Below, in pieces: positions 1-11,300 of a DNA stretch of 64,000 nucleotides. The stretch covers positions 124,001 to 188,000 of the forward strand of contig QPMI01000169.1 of the NCBI GenBank assembly GCA_004431415.1, written 5' to 3'. The notes under the pieces are model-generated. The model had not been told where the DNA came from. It was given only the letters and a program-made list of their open reading frames with translations, and made no database searches. The DNA comes from Cyanophora paradoxa CCMP329. Its lineage: Eukaryota > Plantae > Glaucophyta. How positions within the stretch are numbered: the stretch's first letter is position 1; each line of letters starts with the position of its first letter. The translations under genes and the position numbers were made by a program.

Positions 1-709
1 GCCGAGCGCTCCGGCGCCCTCGCCGTCCCCGCGGGGGCCCCAGGGAGGCCTGGGCCGCCGCCGCCCAGCGCGTGCGCCACGCCCCGCCCCGCCTTCGCCC
101 CGCCCGACCCCGGCCGACGCCCCGCACAGGCCGCGGCGGGGAGCCCGCCGCCCGGAGCGGCTCCCGCCCCTGGCTGGGGCCCCCCAGGGCCGGCGGCAGG
201 GGCGGCGGCGGGTGCGGCGGCGGTCCCTGCGGCGGGGCCGGGGCCGGGGCCGGCGGGGGAGCTGCCGGAGCCGCTGGTGCACCGCGCGCTGACCCTCGAG
301 GAGCGCCTCACCGCCGAGCGGTCCGCCGCCCCGCCCCCGCCCCGCCAGGCCCGGCGTGAAGGGGTGCGGGGGCGGCAGGCTGATGGCGAAGCTGGGGGCA
401 CGGGGCCACAACCTGCACGACCAGCTGAAGGACGCCGAGGCGCGCTGCCTCGTCGGCCGCCACACCATGGACCGCCTCCGCAAGGCCCGCGCCCCCGACA
501 CGCCCCCCCCCCTCCCACTGCCCCAGCGGGGCCTGACGGGGCGGGGGCAGGCGCAGCAGACGGGGAACCTGGCGGTGCACAGCGGGAACACGGTCTTCTT
601 CAAGGGGGCCGGGGGCCGGGCGCGGGCGAAGGAGGCGCGGCGCAACATCGAGTACTTCGAGGCCCGCCTCCGCGCCGCCGAGGAGGAGGCCCTCCGCGCC
701 CGGCCCTAG
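1..709 (+). CDS. 3' part of an intron-containing gene of unknown function (truncated by window start)
   Basis: Coding-like exons (ELPEPLVHRALTLEERLTAER / LMAKLGARGHNLHDQLKDAEARC..RLRK / AQQTGNLAVHSG..EEEALRARP*) separated by C-rich/G-rich introns ending CAG; TAG at 707-709. Confidence 0.55.
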
Positions 710-1446
710 GGTCCCGAGGCCGCCCAGGGCGCGAGGAGGCGGAGCCCATGTGTACCATAGCTGCTTTTTCCACGGTCGAGGGTTTCTGTGATCGTGAGTG
801 TACATGCTCTATCGGTGACCGGGATTAAATACTGCCGAGCCGCCTCGCAGGCTATTTCAGGGCCGGGGCTCAGATCCGGGCTCTAGATCTAGAGCATTTG
901 CACAGCCTGGCAGTGCAGCTCATGATCGATCATGATCAGCCGCTGAATAGCTGCAGCTCATGATCAGCGGTTACGCGTTCACTGAGTCTCTGAAGGGCGG
1001 GGGCGGCCGCGGCAGCAACCGTTGAACTGCCGCAGTGCGCAGCACCGCCGGCCCGTTCACGGTGGCACCTGCCGAGCCTCCCCGGGGGGGGCCGCCGGGC
1101 CCAGTGGCCGAGACTCACGGGGCCCTCGGGCCCGGGGCCAGGCCGCTGAAGCCTCGGAAGCTGGCATGCCCTCAGGGCCTGTAAGTCGACGTCTAGACTC
1201 TGATATTAAGTTTAGATCTAGCCTCAGGGCCTGTCTACGTCATGCCCCCGGGCCCCCGGCGTTCACGGTTGTGATCATGATCAGCGCATCCGGATCCTGT
1301 GTTCCTCGAGCTGAGCTGACGTCTACAGCTACCCCACTAACCTGCGGGCTAGGTCTAGGACTGGGCGGCCTAGGTCTAGGTCTAGGTCTATATATAGCTA
1401 GCTAGGCCGCCCAGCGGGGCGGCAGGCGATCGCGCGAGGCGCGCGG

Positions 1447-4400
1447 CTAGGAGTGTGCGTCGAGCCAGGAGGGCCCGAAGCCGAGGGAGACCTCGACGCG
1501 GACGCCGTCGAGGGGCAGGGCGCCCGTCATCTCCCCCCGCACGATCTCCTCCACACGCTCCCGCTCCCCGGGCGCCACCTCCAGCACCAGCTCGTCGTGC
1601 ACCTGCCGGCCCGACGCCCCGCGGCCTCGGCGAGGTGCTCGGGGCGCCCGCTCGGGGCCGGGGGCACCTGGAGGAGGAGCCGGCTGGCGAGGCCCTCGCG
1701 CTGCAGCGCCCCGTGCACCCCCACCATCGCGATCCTGCGCCGGGGGTCAGGGGGCGGCCGCAGGGCCCGCGGGGGGTGGCGCCGGGGCGCGCTTGATCAT
1801 GTCGGCCTGGGTGCCCTGGATGGGCGTGTTGATGGCGACGCGGGCGGCCGAGGCCGACTCGAGCTTGTTCCGCGAGTTGATGAGGCGCACGTGCCGCCGC
1901 CGGCCCAGGAGCGTCGAGGCGTACCCCCGCTCGCGGCACTGGGCCTTGAGCTCCTCGAGGAGGCGGAGGACGCCCGGGTGGGAGGCGGCGTAGGCCGCCA
2001 TCAGCGCCTTGGCCGTCCCCCGGTCCACCTTGAGGGACTGGGCGAGCCCGTGCGCGGTGATGCCGTACGGGATCGAGTAGTTGACCTCCTTGGCCTTGCG
2101 CCGCTGCTCGTCCGTGACCTCGCCGGGGCCCACGCCGAACATCGCCGCCGCCGTGCGCCGGTGCACGTCCTCCCCCTCCCGGAAGGCCGCCAGCAGCGCC
2201 TCGTCCTGGCTCTGGGGCGGGAGGGTGAGGGGAGAGCAGAGCTGAGGGGCTTGGAAGGGGGGCGTGCCATGGAGGCGATGATGCGGAGCTCGATCTGGGA
2301 GTAGTCGGCGCAGAGGAGGCCCCAGCCGGGGCGCGCCACGAAGGCGCGGCGGACGCGCCGGCCGAGCTCGTCCCGCACGGGGATGTTCTGCAGGTTCGGG
2401 CTCGAGCTCGAGAGCCGCCCCGTCGCCGTCACCGTCTGCCCCCCCGCCCCTTAGACGAAACCCGGAGCCGAGCCGATGCAGAGCAGAGCGGGCTGTGGGG
2501 GACCTGGTTGAAGGTGGTGTGGAGGCGGCCGGTGCGGGGGTCGGCGAGGGCGAGCAGGCCCTCCACGTAGGTCGAGCGGAGCTTGGCGAGGGCGCGCCAC
2601 TCGACGACGGCGGCGGGGAGCGCGTGCTGGCCCTTCAGCGCCTCCAGCGCCGCCTCGTCGGTCGCCCGCCGGCCGCCGCGGGTGCGCCGGGTCGCCTCGA
2701 GCCCGAGCTCGTCGTAGAGGAGCTCGGCGAGCTGCTTGGGGGAGGCGGGGTTGAAGTCGGGGCGCCCGGGGGCGGCGGCGGCGATGCGGGCGCGCAGCCC
2801 GGCGAGGTCGCCCTCGAGCTGGGCGCCGAGGGCCTCGAGGAGGGGCCGGTCGAGGAGGACGCCCTCCTCCTCCATGTCCGCCAGCACCCGCACCAGCGGC
2901 ATCTCCACCGCCGCCGCGTACGACTCGAGGCCCACCTCCCGCAGCCTCCCCTCCAGCGCCTCCGCAGCCCGCAGCGCGCACTCCACCCGCGCCCCCGCCC
3001 ACGCGCCCAGCGCCTCGGGGCCGGCGCCCGGGGGCGGGGCCGGGGGCGGGGCGGGGAGGGCGAGGCGGGCGGCGAGGGCCTCGAGGTCGTGGCGGCTGCC
3101 CTCCTCGGGCCAGATGAGGTAGGAGGCGACGCCGACGTCGAGCAGGCCGCCCCGCAGCTCGATGCCCAGCGAGCGGAGGGCGCGGGCCGAGGCCTTGAGG
3201 TCGGCCCCCACCTTGAGCACGGCGGCGTCCTCGAGGACCTCGCGGAGGACGCCGGCGGCCACCGCGGGGGGCAGCCGCCGCTCCCCGCCCTCCGCCTCCC
3301 CCACCGGCACCAGCACCGCCCCGCCCTCCCCGCTGGTGAAGCAGAGGGCGGCCAGCCGCCCGCCCTCCACCAGCGTCGAGATCGCCAGCCGGCCCCGCTG
3401 CGCACCCGCTCGACCCCGCGGGGGGCGGCGGCGGCGGGGCGGGGCCGGCACCTCCCTGGCCTCACGCGCGAGGCGCATGAGGGTGCCCACCCTCACCTCC
3501 AGCGCCGCCGCCCCCAGAGCGCCCCCGCCGCTCCCATCCGGCGATGCCCCCTCCGCCGCCGCCGCCTTCTTGCGGCCGCGCTTGGGCGCCGCCGCCTCGC
3601 CGGCGGGGGCGGAGGGGTCGCGGGAGGGTGCGGGGCCCTTGGGGGGGAGGCGGCAGAGGGCCCTGCAGCGGGCGACGAGGGAGGGCCTGCCGGGGGGCGT
3701 CGGGGCGGGCAGCGGGGCGGGCGGCGGGGGGCGCACCCGAAGTTGAGGGAGGCGAGGAGGGGGAGGAGGGCGTCGGGGTCGGGGCCCCGCCGCGGCAGCG
3801 CGTCAAAGTCCAGCAGCTCCGCCGGCAGCGCCACGTCCTGCCCGACGTCAGGGGCCCGGGGAGAGGGGGCGAGGGACGGGCGGGGAGGGGTACGGTGGCG
3901 ATGCGGAGGACGGCCTTGGCGACGGCGAGGGCCTCCCGGCTCGCCTCCAGCGCCGCCCGGTGCTGCCGCGCCGTCAGCGCAGGCGGGGCGGGGGGGCGGG
4001 GCGGGGGGGCGGGGGCGGGGGGGCGGGCCCTGGGGGAGGGGACTTCCGGGAGGCGGCGGAGGAGCTCCTCGACGGGCCCGAACTGCTGCAGCAGCGCCGG
4101 CGCGCTCTTCTCCCCGATCCCCCGCACCCCCGCCACGTTGTCGCTCTTGTCCCCCTGCCCGCCCCGCCCCACTCGCTGGCGGGGCGGGCCGGGGGCGGGG
4201 GGCGGGGGCGGACGACGAGGGCGAGGTAGTCGACGAAGAGGGCGGGCTCGAAGCCGCGCGCCTCGCGGAAGGCCTCCTCCGTGCGCCGCTCCAGCTCGTC
4301 CCCGGCCCCGGCCCCGGGGGCCCCGTTGCGCAGCACGACGATGCCCGGCCGCAGCAGCTGCTCGAAGTCCTTGTCCATCGACACTGCGCCCCCGCCCGCC

Positions 4401-5364
4401 CGCCCCCGGCCCCCGTGGGCGAGGGCGAGGGCGCGGGCGCAGGGCGGGCGGGGCGGGCGGACGGATGAAGACGTCGGTGCCGGCGGCGCGGGCGGCGAGG
4501 GCCATGGTGCCGATGACGTCGTCCGCCTCCACGCCCGCCTGCTCCACCACCGCCAGCCCCAGCGCCTCCGCTGCCCCCCGCCCCCCTCGCCGCGGGGCCG
4601 GCCGGCTGGCGGGCGGGGGCCGGCGGGGCGCACCGATGCGCTTGACGTAGGGCATGCCCTCCTGCAGCTCCTCCGGCATCTTGTCCCGCGTCGCCTTGTA
4701 GTCCGCCATCACCCGCCGCCGCCCCGCCGAGCCCCCTGCCCCCCGTCCACGCCCCTCGGCGGCGCCCGCCGGGGCGGGGCGGGGCGGGCGGCGGGGCGGG
4801 GCGCACCGGGGGCGTCGAAGACGACGACGACGCGGCGCTCCACGCCGTCCGGCTCCGCCTCCCCGGCCCCGATCACGCGCAGGAACTTGAGCATGCTGTT
4901 GAGGAAGCCGAAGGGGGCCTTGGTGGAGACGCCTGCGCGCGCCGTCGCGCCGGCTCGTCTGCGCGAGCGCGGCGGGGAGGGGAGGACGGCGGCGCGCGCC
5001 CTCCTGGTTCGTCATCTCGGAGGCCTTGCCGAGCGAGAAGAGGGAGCGGTAGGCGAGGTTCGTCCCGTCCACCAGGTAAAGCTCCTGCGGCGTCCGCTCA
5101 GCGCGGCCCTCGACGGCGGGAGCGGCGCGATCGCACTCTTTTGGCGGGCGCCTGCTTCGTGCTGACGTCCGGCGCGCGCGTATGCGCAGCCCGCACGGCG
5201 CTCGCGGCGTCGGGGAGGGCGGGCGGCGCCGGGGTCTGGAGCTCGGAGCGCCAACTCGGCCGTGCGAACGCGTTCCGCCCGAGCTTCGGGGGCTTGAACC
5301 CGAATCCACGCAAGCTTGGCCGCACGCGGGGCGCCCGCCGTGCGAGGGCGAGAACCGACAGCAT
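1447..5364 (-). CDS. polA: Bacterial-type family A DNA polymerase I (5'-3' exonuclease + degenerate 3'-5' exonuclease + polymerase) with N-terminal organellar presequence; ~14 introns
   Basis: Spliced motifs: [45 protein letters not shown] (5'-3' exo); [86 protein letters not shown] (polymerase). Start [19 protein letters not shown]. Confidence 0.95.
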
Positions 5365-5535
5365 GCTCGCCGCTCCAGGGGCCGGCCGGCTTGACCAGAC
5401 GGATCTGTGTGTCGGCGCGGGTGCCACAAACGTATGCGTCATAAGCCCGCGACGCCGCACGCCCAATAGCCCGCCTACGCCCGGCTCGGCGGGGGTACCG
5501 GCGAAGGAGCTTGACCCGCGAAGTCGGCCCGAGCG

Positions 5536-6216
5536 ATGTTCTCCACCGTGGCGCCCCTCGGGGCCGTCCACCCGCCAGCGACGGCCGCTCTCACCGCGGC
5601 ACGCTGCCACGGGGGGGCCGCGAAACTAGATCGCCGAACCGCGAAGCTGGGCCGCAGCCGCGTATTCACGGGCGTCGCGGGGCCCACCGACAGCATCCAG
5701 CTTGCACGGCATCCTCGATGGAGGCGTTGTCCGGCCTCTCCGTCCGTTGTGTGCGCGGCGGACGGCGGTGCAGGTCGCACTGATTTCCTCAAGTCAACCG
5801 ATCCGAGCGAGAGCCCAGCGATGCCGCCGGCAAACCCGTACTACACAGAATGGCAAGACGGGTGAGCTCGGAGATCGCCCGCGCCCCAAGCTCGCCGCTG
5901 ATTACCCGGTCAGCGCGGCAGCGGTATCGTCGGAGTGCAAGCGTCAGCCGCTCACAAAAGAGAAGCTGATCCTGACGAGAGGGACGTGGGACTGGCAGGA
6001 GCACAGCGCGACGCGGCATAGGCTCGTCGGCCGCATGCGGTTCGAGAACCTGCACCCGCGCCACTACGTGTACATTCCCGAGGCACGCCCCGCGCGCCCA
6101 GCCGCCACTCGTTGGCCGCTCCCGTCGCTCAGGCGGCGCCGCAGATCAAGGCCGAAGTGCAGCTCCTCGCGTCGGAGAGCACGGGCCGAGGCGTGGACAA
6201 CTGCAAGGTCCGCCGC

Positions 6217-6273
<57 letters not shown>

Positions 6274-7761
6274 CGAGCAGGGGGCCGGGGCGCAGGTGCG
6301 GGTGAAGATCACTTCGGAGCACCCGGACGAGGAGAGCCCGGCGCGGCCCGACGGCTTCTGGTTCGCCTACATCCTCCAGGTGCCGCCCCGCCCTCGACGC
6401 CGCGCGCCGCCGTGCGGCGCGCCGAGGCGGCGGGGCGCAGCACAAGAAGTACACGAACGTGCTGGTGGAGATCGAGATCGAGGCGGAGGAGGGGACGGAC
6501 CTGACCCACCTCCAGTCCGCCTACCTCCAGGTCCCCGCCCCGCCCGCTCCCGGCCGCCCCCGCGCCTGCACCGCTCTGAGCGGGCCGCAGGTGCACTACA
6601 CGGTGTACGGGCGGAACGGGGTGGACGTGCGGACGCAGGCCGTCGTCCTGCCGATGACCTACGTGCCCCCGGGGCCGCCCCAGGCGCTGCCCCAGAACTG
6701 GCAGCGCCGCACGAACGCGATGGCGCGGGCCCCCTCGCCTCCGCCTCTCCTGCGCGCCTCACCCGCGCGGGGCAGGTGCTGCCGGTCAAGACGCACCTGC
6801 TGACGCACCTCGACGACCCCGTCCGCATCGTCGAGCGGCGCGTCCGGCTTCGCTTCGCCCCTCCCCTCGGCCCCGAGGAGGCCCCGCTGAGGGGGCGGGG
6901 TGCGCAGGTACATCATGCCGCTGTACAAGCCCGGGGACATCGTGGCGATCGCGGAGTCGCCGCTGGCGGTGATGCAGGGGCGGTACCGGCACTTCCGGGA
7001 GGTCCGCTACACCTGGCTCGCCGTCCTCCTCTGCCGCCTCTTCGACAACGCCTCCTCCCTCTCCACCGCCGTCGGTCCGCCCCGCCCCGAGCGGACCCGC
7101 CCCGCCCCGCCTTGCCGCCCCCCGCGGCCTCCGACGGCGCGGCGCGGCAGGGATGCAGTCGCTGATCGACATCGTGGGCCCGCTGCGGGTGATCTTCGCG
7201 GCGATCGGGGCGGTCATCCTGCGCGTCCTCTTCAAGCGCCGCGGCGCCTTCTACGAGCTCGCCGGCGAACAGGCGAGCGGCCCCCGCGCCGGCCTCCGCA
7301 GCTCCAGGCGGCCGGAGCTGACGCCGGGCGTGCTTGCTCGCTCGGGCAGGCGCGGCTGATCGACGAGGTGACGGGCTCGATGCCGCCCTACGACCAGTGC
7401 GTCGTCCTCGGCCCCGAGAACGCCGTCCAGGTCCCCGCCCCCGCCCCGCCCCGCCCCGCCTGCCTCCACCTCGCTGAGCGGGGGCCGCCGCGGTGCGCTG
7501 GGGCAGGCGGTGCGGGAGATCCGGGCGCGGACGGGCGTCGAGGCGGCCGTCGTCGACGTGAACGACCTCCACCGCGTCAAGGCGCGCCCCACGCGACCCG
7601 CCCCGCCCGCTCTCCCCTGCTGAGGGGGGCCGGGGCCGGGGGTGCAGGTGCTGGCGGGGACGCCCGGGGTACGGGACGCGTTCCTGGGGGAGGTCCTCCT
7701 CGACAACCCCGCCGGCAACGCCAACCAGCAGACCCCCCTCGTCCTCGTCCGGCCCCTCTGA
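5536..7761 (+). CDS. Cyanobacterial-type F420-0:gamma-glutamyl ligase (CofE)-like protein with predicted plastid transit peptide; 11 introns
   Basis: Exon 1 MFSTVAPLG..VVCAAD..WQDG is transit-peptide-like. Spliced C-terminal domain [110 protein letters not shown] matches from recall the family annotated this way in cyanobacteria and Firmicutes. Confidence 0.85.
6211..6272 (+). repeat. (GCC)n microsatellite within an intron
   Basis: Near-perfect ccg/gcc run between the donor (TGCAAG|gtccgc) and acceptor (gcgcag|GTGCGG). Confidence 0.9.
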
Positions 7762-8339
7762 CCCCGTACCCCGCCGGCGCCCCCCTCCCTCGCCCCCGCC
7801 CGCCTCGCCCCGGCCGGCAGCCCCGGCGCCCCGGGTCCCCTGCGGCCCGCCACTTTTTGCTTGCGTCGCCCTCACCTTGCAGCCAGCTGCAGCCGTTTTC
7901 GTAGGCAGGCTCTCGGCTGTTTTTTCCCCAGGCTCTCGGCGGCCTGCTCCGTTTCTGTTTAGCCTTGTACACTCCTGTGTTTTTTTGAATGATTGCGCTT
8001 TCCAATGTGATCATGCTGTGCAGTTCGGAGTCCGAGGCTCCGAGCCGGCTTGGCTCCAAGCCGCAAGCCGCTAGCCGGCAACTCAGGGTACACGGCACAA
8101 CAAGCCATCGTCCTTCCAGACTCGGCGGCCTCCCGTACCGCGGCGCACGAAATGGACGGTCGCGGTCGCGGTGCGCCTCCGGGCCCTCCAGGAGCGCCTC
8201 CGGGGCCGCCGCCGGGCCAGCCGCCGCCGTGGTTCGTGAGACTCTCGCGCGATGGATGCGTCGCGCCCGAAACGTAACGTGCGCGCGTTGAGCAGGGCTG
8301 GAAGAGGCGCGGGTCCTCCGCCTGGCTGGGGCCCTCCGC

Positions 8340-11300
8340 ATGGGTGAGCGGCCCGCGGTCGCGGAAGCCAGCGACGCGAACTGACCATGCATTCGTCCTC
8401 GCACGCGCAGCGCTCCTCCTCCAGGCTTCCCGCCGGTTAGCTGTGCCGCTTGCTCGCTCTGCGCGCTCATCGCTGACCCGCGCCAGATGCCACCTCCAAT
8501 GGGCTTCCCTCCCGGCATGCCGCCGCCTCGCGGCATGCCGCCTCCTCCGCCCGGCATGCCGCCTCCGCATTTCGGCATGCCGTTCCCTCCGCCCGGCATG
8601 CCGCCGCCCAGGATGCCTCCCGGCATGCCGCCTCCCGGCATGCCGCCGCCTCTCGGCATGCCGCCGCCTCCCGGCATGCCGCCGCCTCCCGGCATGCCGC
8701 CGCCTCCCGGCATGCCGCCTCCGGGCTGGATGCCGCCGCCCGGCATGCCGCCGCCGGGCATGCCGCCGATGCTGCCGCCGGGCATGCCCCCGCCGCTGCC
8801 GCCGGGGCAGCAGCCGCCGCCGCCGCCGGGGCAGCAGGCGGGGGCGGGCAAGGCGGTGAAGGCGGAGCCGGGGGAAGGCGAGGTGAAGGTGGAGGACGGA
8901 AGCGACGAGAGCAGCGGCAGCGAGGAGGAGGACGAGGGCGAGGGCGAGGCCGCCCGCGGGCCCCGAAGGCCCCGGGCCGCCCCCCGGCATGCCCCCGGGG
9001 ATGCATCCCGGGCCGCCCCCGGGCCGCCCCCGCCGGGCTGGATGCCGCCCCCCGGCATGCCCGTGCCGCCCGGCATGTTCCCCCCGGCATGCCGCCCCCC
9101 GGCATGTTCCCCCGGGCATGCCCATGCCCCCGCCGGGGATGCCGCCCCCGGGGATGCTCCCGCCGGGGATGCCGCCCGGGGGCGGGCTGCTGGGGCCGGG
9201 CCCCTCGCCGCAGGACCTGCAGGCGATGATGGCGGCGCAGTCGATCGTCGCCGCCGTCGCCGGGCAGGCCGCCGCCGCCATGCCCCCGCCCATGCCCCCC
9301 GGCTTCCCCCCCGCCGGCCCGCCCCCCTCCGACGAGGAGATCGGCAAGGCCTGGGTCCGCCCCGCCGCCCCGCGCGCGCCCCCCGCGCGTCTGACCGCCT
9401 CTGGCGCAGTCGGAGCACGTGTCGCCGCAGGGCCCCAAGTACTACTGGAACCCCCTCCTCCGGCAGGCCACCTGGGCCAAGCCCCCGGGCTACAAGAAGC
9501 CCGTGCGCCCCCGCCCCGCGCCCCGCCCCCCGAGCTCGTTCCCGCCTGAGCGCCGGGGCGGCCGCAGAAGGGCCGCAAGTACACCAAGCCCGAGGCCATG
9601 TGCGCCCCCCGGGCCCCGCCCCGCCCGCCCCGCCGCCCCGCCCGCGCCGGCTGAGGGGGCGGGGGCAGCGAGCCGCTGGGGAACTCGGGGTGGTGCAAGG
9701 TGCGCTCCGTCGAGGGGCGGGAGTACGTCTACCACCCCGCCACCGCCACGGCGCTCTGGAAGCTGCCGTCCGAGGTCGAGCAGGCCCTCGCCGCCGCCGC
9801 CGCCCAGCTCGCCGCCATGCAGGCCGCCGCCCCGCCCGAGTGGCACCAGCACCAGCAGCAGGCGCTGCAGCCGCCGGTGCCGGCGGGGCCGACGGAGGAG
9901 GAGCTGGCGGAGATGGAGGAGGAGCGGCGGGCGCAGGAGGAGGCGGAGCGGGACATGCGGCTCGCCATGGAGGCCGAGCGCGCCGAGGTCATCCTCGCCC
10001 AGGCCAAGGCCCAGCAGACCCGCGGCGCCTCCTCCATCGTCAAGCGCAAGCTCGCCGCGTCCGCCCCGCCCCCGCGCCCGCCCCCGCCCGCCCCGTCGAG
10101 GGCCCCGCTGACGCGCCGCCGCCCGCAGCGAGGAGGAGGCCCCCGCCGCGCCGGCCCCGGCCCCGGCCCCGGCGCAGGCTGCGGCGGCGCCGGCGCAGCG
10201 GGAGGGGGCGGGGGAGGAGGAGGAGAGGGAGGAGGCGGGGGAGGAGGCGTCGCGGGTGTCTCCGGAGGAGCGGGTGGAGGGGTTCCGGGCGATGCTGCGG
10301 GAGCGCGGCGTGGCGGCCTTCGGCACGTGGGAGAGGGAGCTCCCCAAGTTCCTCTCCGACCCCCGCTACCGCCGTCCGCCCCCCCCGCCCCGCTCCCCTC
10401 TCCCCGCCGCCCCGCTCAGCTCGGCGATCAGTGCTGAGGACGCTGGAGGAGCGGCGGGCGGTCTTCGAGCAGTTCTCGCGCACGCGCGCGGAGGAGGAGC
10501 GGAGGGAGCGGGTGGCGCGGAAGAAGGCGGCGGCCGAGGGCCTCCGGGCGCTCCTGGACGAGCTGGCGGCGGCGAAGCGGATCACGCACACGACGACGCT
10601 GCGGGAGCTGCAGGAGGAGGCGCAGCGGGAGGCGCGGGCGCGGGCGGCGCTGGCCGGGCTGGACGAGAAGGAGGCGGAGGCGATCCTGCGGGAGCGCACG
10701 GAGCCGCTGCGGCGGGCCGAGGAGGAGCGCGCCCGCTCCGAGCGCGAGAAGCTCAGGGCCGACTTCCACCGCGTCCGCCCGCCCCGCCCCGCCCCGCCCC
10801 GCCCCGCCCCGCCCCGCCCCGCCCCGCCCCGCCCCGCCTCCCCTCTGATCGGGGCGGGGCAGATGCTGCGGGAGCTGGGGACGGTGACGACGGCCTCCAA
10901 GTGGCTCGTCGTCCGCAAGTTCATCGAGCTCGACGCCCGCTACAAGGCCGTCTCCTACCCCAGGCCCGCCCCCGCCCCCGCCCCGGCCCCGGGCCCCGGG
11001 CCCCCGCTGACGCCGGCGGGGCAGCCTGCGGGAGGAGTTCTTCGCCGACTACCTCAAGCTGCTCAAGGAGGAGCAGGAGGGGGACCGCCGCCGCGCCGAG
11101 GCGGAGCGGGCGGAGCGGGCGCGCAAGGAGGCGGAGGAGGCGGCGGCGCGGCGGCGGGCAGAGGAGGAGGCGCGGGAGGCGCAGCGGCGGGAGCGCGAGG
11201 CGGCGCTGGCGGCGAAGCGCGAGGCGCTGCCGGCGGCGCGGGAGGCCTACAGGGCGCTGTTGGGGGAGGCCGTGACCGACCACGAGGCCTCCTGGTCGAC

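Noticed and set aside
2495-4468. Long Arg/Pro/Gly/Ala-rich ORFs on both strands (also 7577-9418, 8487-11732 as a single ORF, 39527-41248, 50568-52088)
   Set aside because: Antisense shadows or intron read-through in very GC-rich DNA; no domain content beyond the spliced genes.
5536-7761. Evidence for coenzyme F420 biosynthesis in a eukaryote
   Set aside because: No other cof/fbi genes are in the window and the protein resembles the divergent cyanobacterial subfamily; the family name alone does not establish the substrate.
8513-8790. CRISPR-like or mobile repeat array
   Set aside because: Repeats are contiguous with no unique spacers and encode GMPPPP in frame; no cas genes.
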